A stretch of 64,000 nucleotides of DNA from Lepidodermella squamata (lineage: Eukaryota > Animalia > Gastrotricha): contig JBLDXI010000015.1 of the NCBI GenBank assembly GCA_047495785.1, forward strand, positions 3,410,001-3,474,000. Direction: 5' to 3'. Under the pieces are notes generated by a model that saw only the letters and a list, made by a program, of their open reading frames with translations, ran no database searches and was not told where the DNA came from. How positions within the stretch are numbered: the first letter of the stretch is position 1; every line of letters starts with the position of its first letter. Shown here piece by piece: positions 25,077 to 37,367 of the stretch. Made by a program: the position numbers and the translations under genes.

Positions 25077-26927
25077 TTACATGCCATCGTAGTTAGGGCC
25101 CTCGCCTCCTTGAGGCGTCACCCAGTTAATGTTTTGGCTCGGATCTTTGATATCACAAGTCTTGCAATGGATACAATTTTGAGCGTTGATTTGCAAGCGC
25201 TTGCCGCCTTCTTCGGCATCGACGTATTCATAAACGCCAGCCGGGCAGAATCGCTGCTCCGGCCCGTCATAGATCTTCAAATTTCGATTGACAGGGATCG
25301 CGTCGTTTTTCAACGTGAGATGCGGTGGTTGATCTTCTTCGTGATTAGTTCCAGTGAGCGATACTGAGGTCAAGAGGTCGAAACTGACTTTGCCATCAGG
25401 CTTTGGGTATTCGATTGGCTTGTATTCAGCTGCAGGCTTCAAACGAGAAGCATCAGAGCCTCCGTGTGAAAGAGTCCACGGCTCCTTGCTCTTCAACAAC
25501 CAAGTGAACAGACCAGTATATGCCATAGTCCCCAGCACACCTAGACGAGTTGAGTGAAATGCGGGTCTGATGTTGCGAACTGAATTCAGTTCTTCGTAAA
25601 TCCAGCTTTTACGGAAGCTCTCCTCGTAGGAAGCCATGTCGACTGGAGCTTTTGATTCGGCGTTCTTTGTCAATGCGTTGAACGCATCTTCGGCGGCCAT
25701 CATACCGGATTTCATCGCGGTATGCGTGCCTTTGATTTTCGGTACGTTCAAAAACCCAGCCCCGCAACCAACGAGGCAACCGCCTGGGAAGGTCAGCTTC
25801 GGCAAAGACTGAATTCCACCTTCGTTCAGAGCCCTAGCACCGTAAGAAATACGCTTGCTGTTTTTGAAGAAAGGCTCCATTGCTGGGTGGTGCTTGAATC
25901 GTTGAAATTCACGGTAGGGGTTGAGGTAAGGGTTTTCGTAATCTAAGCCAATCGCGAACCCAACTGAGATTAATGGAGTCTGACCGTCTTCTCCGCCCAA
26001 GAAGTGGTACATGAAGGAGCCTCCGTAAGTTTTGCGATCGAGTGGCCAACCAACCGAGTGAAGGATACGGCCGGGTTTGTGAACTTCTTTAGGGACTTCC
26101 CACAACTCCTTCAGGCCAATAGCGTATGTTTGAGGCTCACTATTCTTGCGAAGATCAAACTTGTTAATCATCATTTTGGTCAGATGACCATGGCAACCCT
26201 CTGCGAAAATTGTGCATCGAGCGCGAAGCTCGAGACCGCGTTGAAACGAAGATTTTGGCGATCCGTCCTTAGCAATGCCGACATCGTGAGTGGCAATACC
26301 CTGCACAGCTCCGTCCTTATCGTACAAAACTTCTGATGCAGCAGTGCCAGGAAATATTTCGACGCCCATTTCTTCGGCTTGTTGCCCAAGCCATTTGACA
26401 AAATGGCCCAATCGAACAATGTAATTCCCATGGTTATTCATTGGCAGACTCTTAAACCAATGAACAGGCACTGCGATTTTAGACTTTTTAGTCAAGTACC
26501 AAAAATCATCGGATGTCACGGGATTATTCAACGGTGCGCCTTTTTCTTTCCAATCCGGAAACAGTTCATCAAGAGCTCTCGGCTCAATGCAAGCACCGGA
26601 TAATGTATGGGCTCCAATATCAGAAGCTTTTTCAACGACAATGACCCTCAAGTCAGGCTTGTTGTGCTCTTTGCAAAGCTGTTTGAAGCGACAAGCAGCT
26701 GAAAGACCAGCCGGACCTCCGCCAACAATGACAACATCGGCTTCTTCGACCGCTCGTTCCATATTTATGTCTTTCCAGCGAGGATCTGTCTCACGAGGCA
26801 CAATTGTATAATGCGTTGTAATACGACGTGGCTCAGCAGCGGCACGATAAAGATTGGACGTTGACAATGAGCGATAATGCGCACATTGCAAACAACTTCG
26901 AGCGATAGACCTTCCAATCAATGCCAT
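25077..26927 (-). CDS. ETFDH: Electron transfer flavoprotein-ubiquinone oxidoreductase, intronless
   Basis: FAD motif [24 protein letters not shown], 4Fe-4S region RFCPAGVYE...[14 protein letters not shown]; [11 protein letters not shown] resembles a mitochondrial presequence. Confidence 0.97.
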   Translation of the reverse strand: MALIGRSIARSCLQCAHYRSLSTSNLYRAAAEPRRITTHYTIVPRETDPRWKDINMERAVEEADVVIVGGGPAGLSAACRFKQLCKEHNKPDLRVIVVEKASDIGAHTLSGACIEPRALDELFPDWKEKGAPLNNPVTSDDFWYLTKKSKIAVPVHWFKSLPMNNHGNYIVRLGHFVKWLGQQAEEMGVEIFPGTAASEVLYDKDGAVQGIATHDVGIAKDGSPKSSFQRGLELRARCTIFAEGCHGHLTKMMINKFDLRKNSEPQTYAIGLKELWEVPKEVHKPGRILHSVGWPLDRKTYGGSFMYHFLGGEDGQTPLISVGFAIGLDYENPYLNPYREFQRFKHHPAMEPFFKNSKRISYGARALNEGGIQSLPKLTFPGGCLVGCGAGFLNVPKIKGTHTAMKSGMMAAEDAFNALTKNAESKAPVDMASYEESFRKSWIYEELNSVRNIRPAFHSTRLGVLGTMAYTGLFTWLLKSKEPWTLSHGGSDASRLKPAAEYKPIEYPKPDGKVSFDLLTSVSLTGTNHEEDQPPHLTLKNDAIPVNRNLKIYDGPEQRFCPAGVYEYVDAEEGGKRLQINAQNCIHCKTCDIKDPSQNINWVTPQGGEGPNYDGM

Positions 26928-27043
26928 AGTTCCAATATTAACAATTCTTGCCCTATTGAAACAGAACAGTCCGAATAAAATTACTGTTGCAACAAAACCT
27001 CCAAAACCACAGTGAACTCGGCCATATAAGGGCTGAAGGCCCA

Positions 27044-27652
27044 ATGACTAAGGACCCTTTCCGTAGGCTAAACAATCATGAACGTATTAGCTTCGCCACG
27101 ATGGGACCCGCCATTCCTATTCATAGGTCAATGGTCAATGAATTAAATCATGGAGATGATGAGTCAAGAAATGACATTCGGCCACTTTCAGAAGGTTTCA
27201 GAAGACCCGCAACCAACATGCAGATTTCGCAGGCCTTTAGGACTGTGAGCGATATGCCTCAAACACACAAAACCATCAACCATCGAGCTCGAGTCTCATT
27301 CGAGAAGAGAACACCTTTGAACTTTGAACCGACCCGCTCAAAATCTACCCATCTGAAGTTGGTACCCTCCAAACCTAAAGAAATACATTTTCCAGATTTA
27401 TCATAGAATTATACAAATGCATTAGTTAGATTAATTTCTGATAAATTACAATATGATGAAAAATTTTACACGTGAAATGCAAAAGGTGTCAATAAAGACA
27501 CCCCCATATCTATTTTTTCTGAACCAAAAGACAAGTCCGACAAATCACGTTCAAGTTCGAAGGTTGGAAGCCTGGATGAAGTTTTCAGCCCACCTCTGGT
27601 TCCGCAGCCCCTCTCTAGCCGTTTGTTGTCAAATCCGGAATGCAGAACTTAG
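27044..27652 (+). CDS. Possible small unknown gene head-to-head with ETFDH
   Basis: Open frame from ATG 27044 ([17 protein letters not shown]) and a possible GT-AG intron 27362-27395; no recognisable domain, exon structure unresolved. Confidence 0.25.
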
Positions 27653-27972
27653 GCAGAATTTTCCGCTATAGTTTTTTTGCTTTCCGTCGAAAATTCTACC
27701 TAAAGCAGAAAAAATCTAACCACGCCGTCGCGGATCGCTGCGATTGCCATGAAAAACCATCAAGAAATAATCTGTCCTTTTGATTCCTCTAGTTGAGATC
27801 TATGAGATCCACAAGCAATAACTAAAGCTTCTCGGGTTTTTTGTTAAATCGCTAATCGAGCTTAGATTCGTGATCCCTATCCTCTATCTACACATGTTTG
27901 CAATTTGCAAGTTCTTTTTCATCCTCTTATTTATCCTTTTGTGCCATTTATATTAGACCTGCGAGCATTAGA

Positions 27973-29340
27973 ATGTTGCTCAGGCTGTTGATTATAACAT
28001 TAATTTTCCATGAATGCTCGTCGAAAGGATTTTCAATTAGACTTCCTAAGCTCAAGATGCCTTCAATGAAGTTTCCATCGATGAAGGCTTCTGCACCTAA
28101 AATGCCAGTTGGGAAATTTTCAGGCTCATCATACCGGCGATTTCCGCCAACTTACCCTGCTCGGATATATAATGTCGTACCGCTTGTGCCAAGACAACGA
28201 CTCGTTCCGGTTGTGTATCCAAGAGTGCCATACATTTACCCTTACCCTATGATGTTTTACTCGCCTTTTTTCTATCATCATCACCACCACTATCAATCAG
28301 ATGCGCGAATATTCCGTTCTCCGCAGCGAACAATCAGTGAAGATCATTCGATCGATGACGTCAGTATCGAAACGGCTTATTTAGGCTGCTCATCTACCTC
28401 AGCTCAAACTTCGGATCAGTTTTGGTGCTCAGCTTTATTCAACGGATCCATGATATTTCCGAAGAAAGATGTGGAAACTTCCTTCTTGGGTGATGAAAAT
28501 GATTCGGATATCGATATCTTTCTGTTTACTCTCGCAGAGAACGGCGGAAACCAACTGCTGCTCTACGGCCTCACAGAGTCTGAGTATGCAGAAAAGCACT
28601 ATCCAGGAGAACAGTCGAAGCGCGGCACTTTGCTTTTAGATACAGACGCCGCGTGTTCCCCTTGGAATATGACGTCACCTTGCCCTATCCCGCTGTTAAA
28701 CAAATGGCGGCAATATGCTGCATTTGAGATAATGGCAAAAGGCTCAATGAATAACACCTGCTTGCAGAATTACTGGTTCCGAGTGACTTGGTTTACGGAC
28801 GATATTGTCAGCATATTCAATAACGTTACGTTTGACAACAGTACCCAACAGAAACTCAGCTGTCCAACTCCGGCGTTGGCCCTTTCAAATAGCTCCAGCT
28901 CATCCGACTCCGAGTTGCACATATGCATTTCGGAAATCACGAATTCGGTGAAAAACTCTTGCCCGCCGGTATATGTAGACCCGCTAACTCGTCGTCGCGT
29001 TTACTTCAATGCCGTCTCAGAAGAACCAGAGTCATCAGCTAGCTATGATTCTTACATGATCTTCATCGGAATTTTCGCGGCAGTTGTCATGGGAGCGCTT
29101 TACTGTAAATTTAAAGATGATCCCCAGCTGAGGAGTTGCCAATGCTGCAAGCGTCGAAATTCTAACGCCATAAATTATGACAGCAATCGCGGGTTACATC
29201 TATACCCTACTCAACCGCCTGCTTACGGCCAGCCACCGGTTGTAACACTCGCTCAGAATGATGCCAATGCTGCTGCTATTCCATTGCTTTCAACTGACAA
29301 ACCGCCTACCTACGAAGAAGCAACGAAACCGATTCGTTGA
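27973..29340 (+). CDS. Intronless single-pass type I membrane protein with PPxY motifs
   Basis: Signal peptide MLLRLLIITLIFHECSS, basic and Pro/Tyr-rich segment, His6 tract, Cys-containing ectodomain, TM YMIFIGIFAAVVMGALYC, CQCC, PPAY and PPTYEEA. Confidence 0.8.
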   Translation: MLLRLLIITLIFHECSSKGFSIRLPKLKMPSMKFPSMKASAPKMPVGKFSGSSYRRFPPTYPARIYNVVPLVPRQRLVPVVYPRVPYIYPYPMMFYSPFFYHHHHHYQSDARIFRSPQRTISEDHSIDDVSIETAYLGCSSTSAQTSDQFWCSALFNGSMIFPKKDVETSFLGDENDSDIDIFLFTLAENGGNQLLLYGLTESEYAEKHYPGEQSKRGTLLLDTDAACSPWNMTSPCPIPLLNKWRQYAAFEIMAKGSMNNTCLQNYWFRVTWFTDDIVSIFNNVTFDNSTQQKLSCPTPALALSNSSSSSDSELHICISEITNSVKNSCPPVYVDPLTRRRVYFNAVSEEPESSASYDSYMIFIGIFAAVVMGALYCKFKDDPQLRSCQCCKRRNSNAINYDSNRGLHLYPTQPPAYGQPPVVTLAQNDANAAAIPLLSTDKPPTYEEATKPIR

Positions 29341-29519
29341 CCAAACTCGTCATATTTTCTACTCCGGTCATTCTGCACAAATTATTTGTAGTGTCTTGTT
29401 TCCGTTTTTCAAAACGTATCTTTCGTTTGAGCAATAATAGCTACTCTATTTAACACTCCGAAACTTGTAATAAACGTTTTCATACAAAACAGTTTGAATT
29501 TTTAGAATTGTGAATTATA

Positions 29520-29916
29520 ATGTCGATGCCGTCTGCTGATCCTTCGGTCGAATCTGAAGATGCTAAGTGGTTGGGTATGAAAGTAGCTTGTAGTGGCCTT
29601 CGCAAAGAATTCAAAGAGTGTGTTATGAATTCTCCCTGTGTTTTGAAGGTATGAATTGCAACTCTGGGAAATTTTTTTGATTAACCGATTAATTTTAGTA
29701 CCATATGAAGCCAAGTGAGTGCTTTCACGACCCAAAATATCATAGTTACCTACCCGAAGAGTGCCACCAGTTGCGTGTGGCGTTAATGGAGTGCAGACGT
29801 GCTCAGGTAATTTATCATCAAAATTAACATCTGAATTTGTGTTTAGAGCTTTTTATAATTATTTGTTATTGCAGTTGGACAACCGCCAGCGATTTCGCGG
29901 CAAAACCGGCTACTGA
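29520..29916 (+). CDS. COA5: Cytochrome c oxidase assembly factor 5 (PET191 family), 3 exons; absent from the ORF track
   Basis: Exons 29520-29648, 29699-29806, 29875-29916 give ...ACSGLRKEFKECVMNSPCV...PSECF...LPEECHQLRVALMECRRAQLDNRQRFRGKTGY*. Confidence 0.92.
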
Positions 29917-29925
29917 GAATAAAAA

Positions 29926-30652
29926 ATGAGCGAGGCGGAAATAAAATTGAAAGTCGGCCCGTCTATTCTAGCTGCTGATTTGTCTATGCTAGCGAATGTG
30001 TGCCAGGATCTTATGGCGGCCGGTTCTGATTTTTTGCACCTAGACGTCATGGATGGCCACTTTGTCCCTAATTTAACGTTCGGCCACCCTGTTGTAAAAT
30101 GTTTACGCAGTCACGTTCCTAAGGCATTTTTTGATATGCATATGATGGTTGCCAATCCTGAAAAGTGGGTCGAACCAATGGCCGATGCTGGTGCTAATCA
30201 ATACGTGTTTCACATCGAAGCGACCGAAGACCCTAGTTCAATTATTCGTAAAATTAAGGAGACTGGAATGCGAGCTGGAATTGCTATCAAGCCAGGCACA
30301 CCAGCCCACGCCATCGTACCTTATGCCGAGTCGCTTGACTACATATTGATTATGACTGTTGAACCTGGTTTCGGGGGTCAGAAGTTTATGGCTGATATGA
30401 TGCCGAAAATTTCTGAGCTTCGGAAAGAATTTCCCAGAATCGATATAGGTATGAAATAATTAACTAATGAAATATCTGTATTAATTTATTTAATTAGGTG
30501 TCGATGGCGGAGTCGGACCGTCAAATGTCCAGCAATGCACATCGGTTGGGGCGAATTTCATTATTAGTGGAACGGCTGTAACTGGCGATAAAGACCCAGC
30601 CGCTGTGATTGCCAACTTGAAAAAGCTTGGTTCCCGCGATATTTGTCTTTAA
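29926..30652 (+). CDS. RPE: Ribulose-phosphate 3-epimerase (2 exons)
   Basis: [43 protein letters not shown]; intron 30449-30497, then VDGGVG. Confidence 0.97.
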
Positions 30653-30798
30653 GTTAACCCGTAACATTCATAATACTAGTTGATTAATGATGATTTGTTG
30701 TGATACGTTGGTATTTGCTCGGTCATTGATTCGGACTCATGAAGAATTAAAACTTGGATTTGGCATTTTTACTAGGTTTTTTATCGGCGAAAATAATA

Positions 30799-33700
30799 AT
30801 GGTATACAGCCAAGAGTTGTTGGCGGTGCTTGTTCAAATAAGCGGACCGGCTGGCGGCGGAACAAACACCGAAATGGTGAAACTAGCGGAGGAGAAGCTG
30901 ACCGAGTTGACGCAGAGATACAAAGATACAATTTACATGGACTTTTTGCACATCGTATTAGACCAGTCGATCGACGAATCGGCGCGGTGTTTAGCGGCTA
31001 TTCGGCTGAAATCATGCCTCGAAATTATTTGGCGAAAGCGGCTTCGAGAAGGCTCAAATCCCGAAGATTTTGCCCAGAGAAATTTGATCCGCTCTCATCT
31101 CCTTAATTTAGGTTAGTATCATCGTAAAAAATGGTGAATAAAAAAAATTAAATTTTATCGTAATTCATCAGCTTCATCGACCCAAAGCCGGTCTATTCTC
31201 AAGCAAGTTACGCAGACCGTCGCAAAATTGGCTCGTTATGACTGGCCGGAACAATGGCCTGAACTGTTTTCGACGCTGGGTTCACAAATAACCAGCCCAG
31301 ATATGACTATAAGCCGCAATTCTTTAGCGTGTTTACAACAAGTTGTGAAAGCACTAGCCAGTCGCAGACTGGCTGCTGATCGGAAAAGCTTTCAAGAAAT
31401 GGCTGAAAATGTGTTCCCGTCAGTGAACAGCCTACTCGTTTCCCTATGGGCGCCTACTTTCACCGGAGACAGCTCAGCAGCGGTAATTATATGATAATTG
31501 ACTAATTTATGAATAATAAAATTAATGACTTAATTTTCGGAAATTGGAGGAAAAAATATTAAGGTGGATTTTTCTTATTTTTTTCAGCCTGCCGATATTC
31601 AATTGCAAGCAGTTCTACTGCTCCTTAAAACCAATCACTATTTGCTGAATTTCGGCTACTGTCTCGATACTGTTGGCCGCGGTCACATCTATCACCAGTT
31701 CATTTCATTCTGCATCGATCAACTGGCTCATTTCATCCTTGGCACGTATATCGGTCGACTTCAGACCTCAGAATCGATGAATATTCGCGATTTATTCGGA
31801 AAAATAACTTATCGCGTCGCAAAATGCTTGGCGCAATTTCACGAAAATTTCCCTCTTCGTTTCGGCGAACACGTGCCTGATTTTATGGAAAAAGTCGTTG
31901 GATCTGTGTTCAAGTCGCCCTTCGATTTGTACTCACATCCTTACTCCAGTTGGACCCCAGAACATTTTTGCGTGAAACTGTTCAATTTTATGCGGCTTGT
32001 TATTCGTTGCCGAAATTACGAAATTGAATCAGATCAAGAGGACTCGAAATTGCCGAGACAAGCGATTTCTCAATATTGCAATCAGCAATTTTTGTCCTTG
32101 GTAATCGATCGAATGCTGTCGGTCTTAATGAGGCTGTCCCCGGATGATATGGAGAAATGGGAGATGGACCCTGAAGGTTTTGTAGTCCGAGAGCCACTCG
32201 AAGATTTCGAACACTGTTTCCGAATGGCCGTCGAGCTGTTTTTCATTGCGATTTTCGTCGAATTCGACGAAGCTGTACCTCAGTTGTTGCTGGCCCGGGT
32301 TTCTAAAGTTATGCAGATAGCCTCACCGGTTGAACTTGATTGCCTTTACAACGCGATTGGCCAAGTCGCCCTTCAATTCCCTCAGGTCGATTTTCTCAAT
32401 TTGTACGAACAGCTGTTGATACCTCAATTGAAATCACCCTCTGAATCCGTGCCAGAACTCATAAAATGGCGCGTTTTGTGGCTGATTTCGAAAATGCCGG
32501 ACCTGTCTGAGATGTCGGATGAATGGCGGTTGAAAATTCTTGAGGTTCTCGCGTATTCAATGTCGAATCAACAATTTCATCTATCCCTCAGGCTTCAAGC
32601 GATGATAACGCTGAAATCACTCGTCGAATCGATTAGTATGAAAGAAGAAATGGTAGTACAGCATTTAGGCTCGTTCATTTCAAGCCTCGCCGACCTACTC
32701 ATGCAAGTCTCAAGCGACGATTCACGGTTACTGATCATTAACAGCGTTTCAATGTTGATTAATTGCGCTGAAAAGCAAATTCGGCCGCATCTAGCGGGTG
32801 TTGAACAAATTTTCGGCATGGCGTGGAATTTGCAGACAAGTCACGAGTTGCTGCGAGGCGCCGTTCTGTCGTGTCTAACCCATCTAGTCAACAGTTTAGA
32901 GGCTGTTCAAGAGGACCAGGCTCTAATTTTACCAGCCGTTTTATCTGCCATCAACGTTTGCACTGAACGCACGACAACGCTGGCGGGTGGTTCTGCGAAA
33001 TTTTCGGTGTTGTTGGAAGATACCCTCGATCTATGGTTCGCGGCTTTGTCGAACTGCGAGTCAACTTCATCGTCTTGCGCTCAGTTATTTTCGCTATTGC
33101 CGCGCCTTTTTGTGATAATGAACTCATCGGCTGATAATCTGGCGTGTATTCTCGATATAATCGAGGCGTATTATCTGCTAGACCCTATGGCGTTCCTTCA
33201 AACCGGCGGTGAGCAGTTGCTAGCTGCGATGTTGGGGCTTCTCGGGACGATAAAATACGACCTGGCCATGTCGATTTTGCACCTTTTGGATTTGATTCTG
33301 GTGACGTCCCCGCAGGCAAGTGAGCTGTTCTTCCCGATTTTGGAAGTGATATTCTCCCGCGTGGTCAATAACGAGGATAGTGGTGCTATTATTGCAGGGT
33401 GAGTTGGAAAATTATCAACATGAGTTTATTATACGGTAAATTCACCGCTTGAAATAATTTCGTTTCCGCCAATTGGAGAAACTGTCTAAGGCTGCGTCGA
33501 GAAGTTTTGACGAGTTTTTACGGGTAGGATAAGGTCCATTACAATGGAGAAGAGTTTATTTCGAGACAATCACGTCGTCCGCGGGGCACTTGTGGTCCAA
33601 AACAGAATCCGTAGATTAATCTATTTGAACAGCATTAACTTCATCATTAAACAACCGAGATATGCGTTTCTTGGGATAGCATAATTTCTGTGCCCAAGCA

Positions 33701-36257
33701 AGTGGCGAGAAATAAATTGAATATTTGAAATTTCGGTTGAGCAGTGTTAACTGGCGAATGGCAACCACACCGCCTGGTATGAGCATAATTTCGAATAGAA
33801 CTCGGTATAACTGCGTATAATAATTCGCAGTAAAATGCTCGAAGATCACAACGGGCAGTCTCAGAAGCCGCCAGGTCTGCGTCCCCGACGACCAGTGCCG
33901 CGTTGTCGGTTGTCGGGCAGGTGCAAGGATAACCGGTAAACGGCGGGGTATTCACGATGTAACGAATAACCAAATATTCGCCAGCCTGCCTCAGAGGTAG
34001 AGATCAGTGTAGAAAGTAGGCCAAGCTCCTAGGTACGGATAGCATCATCTCATGACAAAAATACTAATGGAAATTTTTTTGTTTCAAGCAAATTTTGTTA
34101 ATGATGGTTTCGCGCCTTTATTTCCAATACTAGACTTTCAGCCACCTTGTTAAGCTCACGCAACGCTTTATTCGAGCGAGAATAATAGCTGTACAGATCA
34201 TTAACGAATGTCTTGAAAATTCGAACTGACAGCTCGCCGACCAGAGCATCGCACACGCCAAGCTCTAACCACTGAGCGAGACAATAAAAGACATGCTTCA
34301 AGTTTTTGAACCTTTTCTGCAGTAAAGCAGCTGAAATACAAATATTAGCTATTCATCTACTGAAGAGAGTTTCATTTACCAGCCCCTTTCAAAAAGCTCA
34401 TCGTAACTGACGCCCTATCACTGCCAACCCGATCCAATACTTCTTCAAGAAGTCCTCGGTTAGCCCAGCTTTTTTCAAGGAGTTGATCAAAGCGTCGCAA
34501 ATAGACTCAGCAGCGGTGTCATCCAACTCGACTAGATCAAAAAAAAGCATTGAATGGAACATCCCCGACCACAAATCGTAGGTGAATATCTAAACAGAAT
34601 TTTTTCGACTTGTTGGTTGACTCATCAATCGAAAGAAGCGAAAGAATGCACTAGTTGGGTACGGATTTTGGCTATCCGTACCTCGGATACCCAAGTCGGT
34701 CATCCTGGTTCTGATGGCGCCGCTGCATGGTACGGATGATCCGTACCCATCCATACCCTACTTTCTACACTGGTAGAGATGCAGAATCGTTTGATCTCGT
34801 CGAACACCTCTGGTCCTCATTCACGAATCTCAGGCTACATTAGAAGCGAATACTGGACTGCGTGGAGATTTTTGATGATATCCTGATTGTCGTAGTTGCT
34901 GGTTAGCTCTGCCAATCGTTTGTCAAGTCGCTCGTAGATGGCTTTCCTGGGACGTTGAATGGGCACGCCAAGTTATGGTACAATCTTCAAGCGCCGCTCA
35001 AATCTCTGCTTGTCATACGCCGGTTTGCCATGAGTTTCATGTCTCCACCTCCATTCTTTCTGTTCCGTCTCTTCCCACTTGCGGTTGCAGCTTATTTCTT
35101 GCGGGTCCATATCGGTTTCGCCGGTGTAATTTGACTATTCCTGTAGTATCCTGATCTGACTCGGTTGTTAATCACAAAACATTCATGATGAAATTGAAGT
35201 CAAGTTTCCGCCCTAACAAGGCTTAGAAAAGTACTGGTTGTTTTTGTCATAGCATTCAGTTTGAGATTGTTACGATTATCGGTTGCCATTTATCGTTTTC
35301 TGGTCCAATATCTTTGAAGTCGCATTACATGTATCTGCTTCACCTGATCTGGGATGGACTCTGGGAGTGCTGCGCACGTCATTCTCATCATTAGTTTGAG
35401 GAGCTTGTCTCAATTTCATAAAGTCGGCCTTCGGTTACACGGCCAGACTAGAGTTTATAGTTACGAGTTGTTGTAGAATGTACTTATTGAGGCATAGCGG
35501 TCTCGGTTAGAGCATACCCAATTGGTAATGTTGTAAGGAAAAAAACAGATTTTTCGAGCAAATGGCTAATTATTTTCTAATTTCATAAAATAATTATCAA
35601 TATCAGTTTAATTTCGAACCTTAGCTTAATTTATTCATATATTTTAGGTATATTGCGACATTCTCAAGATTTTCCGTCGCTTGTCCGAGCGCGTTTTCAA
35701 CTTTCATCAGCAAATACGCTCAATCCCGTCAAACCGACGTTTCCAGCCTCCTCGGGCAATTAGCCGATACGTGGACCGATCGCTTCCAATTCGCCGCGCC
35801 TCTCGACCGCAGGAAACTGATGGCAATGACTTTGATCAGCTTACTTCAAGTCCCAGCCGAGCCGATTTTCGTTCGATTTTCCGCGATTCTCAATATTGTA
35901 GTCGATGTGCTGCACGACTTGTCCGCGCACCCTGATTCGAACAAGCCCTTTGTCGACATGCTAGCGACGTCATTGCCCGACGTCGTCCCCCACACCGTGC
36001 TAACCGACTCCGCTCAATCTGAGGCTAACATTATGGCGGCGGTGGTGGAAACGCGGCCGCATATCAGGCGGAAAAAAATCGCTCAACGCCAGTCCGACCC
36101 GGTCTATGCGATACCGTTCGATCGCTTCGTCATGGAAAAAATCGCGTTGAGTCAGCAGGCATTGGGCGCGGAGCGTTTCGAGCAGCTGCTAGCGTCAACT
36201 GACGCTGACGTAGTGCATCAGCTCAAATTCCAACTCGAAGGCCGCAAAGGGACTTGA
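30799..36257 (+). CDS. IPO11: Importin-11 (importin-beta family)
   Basis: IBN_N domain (AEEKL...RCLAAIRLK...WR), ARYDWPEQWPELF, VKALASRRLAADRKSF, WEMDPEGF, C-terminal RRKK...DPVY; 2.25 kb intron ~33399-35647. Confidence 0.88.
33470..35120 (-). mobile_element. Degenerate Helitron Rep/helicase remnant in IPO11 intron, interrupted by a hAT insertion
   Basis: Removing the hAT and one TSD restores DEIKRFCISTSEAGWRIFGYSLHREYPAVYRLSLHLP, matching the Helitron RepHel DEI...SEA.WRIF...H...P.V.RL..HLP motif; later LLHCNGP. Boundaries approximate. Confidence 0.75.
34005..34772 (-). mobile_element. Internally deleted hAT DNA transposon, 768 bp
   Basis: Perfect 16-bp TIRs CAGTGTAGAAAGTAGG (34005-34020, 34757-34772); 8-bp TSD GTAGAGAT (33997-34004, 34773-34780); transposase fragment HVFYCLAQWLELGV resembling the CxxH motif of ZNF862-type hATs. 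Confidence 0.92.
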
Positions 36258-37367
36258 TGATGACAATTTTTGTGATATACACGCCAATATCGCTTTCAAA
36301 GATGTTTTCCTTTGTCTGATTCTAGTTTTCTCCGTATAATAAAGTAATAATCATGAGACGAAAAATATTGGTGCATTTATTTTGAAATTACGTCGTCGGC
36401 GGTGCGAATAAAGCAAAAATAAGCAGTGCGATTTTATGATTCTGAAAATTGTGCAGGTCGACTGAATACCTTTCTCAAGGCCCAGTCAAATCATAGGGGT
36501 GAAATCAAAGCAAATCTGTGCATGCAGGCTATATATAAGTGCAGTTTAAAGTGTTTAAAACACATGAATCGAACCCGAAAATGAAGTATATGCGAGAGTA
36601 TTTTTGTCAGAAATTAAGGCGGCAACACAGTTCCAAAAATAATGTTTGTTGGCTATTTCGCCCCATCTTGCTCGCCTCCTCAATCAACCACTGAAAAATA
36701 ATTATATCAAAATAATGAAAAATTTTAAGGAGAATTTTTTAAACCTACTTTTGACTTGTTTCGGGTAGAAATATCAGGTGAAAGGATATTTCAGCCGCAC
36801 AAAATTCGCGTGAATATTTTGACGCTTGGCAGAAAAGTGAAAATTGCTGGCGGAGTTGGCGCGCTTATATAGCCTGAGATATAGGTAGCCTTGGCCAAAC
36901 ACGCGCGACATGCGCGTAAACATGCGCGCGCTAAAACGCCTAAATTATGCACGAGGACGTGCGCTATTGCTGGCAAACACGTCGCGGCAATCGATGCCGC
37001 CGTCGAGCTTTGGCGTGGACGATAAGCAGGTTCCAGCCACAGGTCGCAAACATGTTATTTTCCATATCACCACGTCGCGCGGCGGATTTGAAATAACAAA
37101 ACCACAGCGTTTCACAAGATGTTATGCCTTTTATACGCTGTATCAAAGCTTTATCATCTTGAATTATTAAACACCTGCCAATATCCCGCTATAAATGCTC
37201 CGGCTTCATTCATTTCAGCCTCATACTATTCAAGAATTGATAATAAAATACGTCAATGATTCGGTTTTTATTCGAATTCCCGCGTTCCGGAATTGTTGAA
37301 AGCATAGTAAACAATTTCAAATTTCAAGTTTTATTTTAATTATACGGTGAAAATTTGGCGTGATTTT

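Noticed and set aside
15671-26811. Numerous + strand ORFs over NBEAL and ETFDH
   Set aside because: Antisense shadows of long coding exons with no independent motifs
26928-27044. 39-aa N-terminal extension of ETFDH in the ORF track
   Set aside because: Non-ATG start; the first ATG (26927) begins a typical mitochondrial presequence
29914-29928. COA5-RPE read-through fusion protein
   Set aside because: The frames match, but two stops (TGA, TAA) intervene
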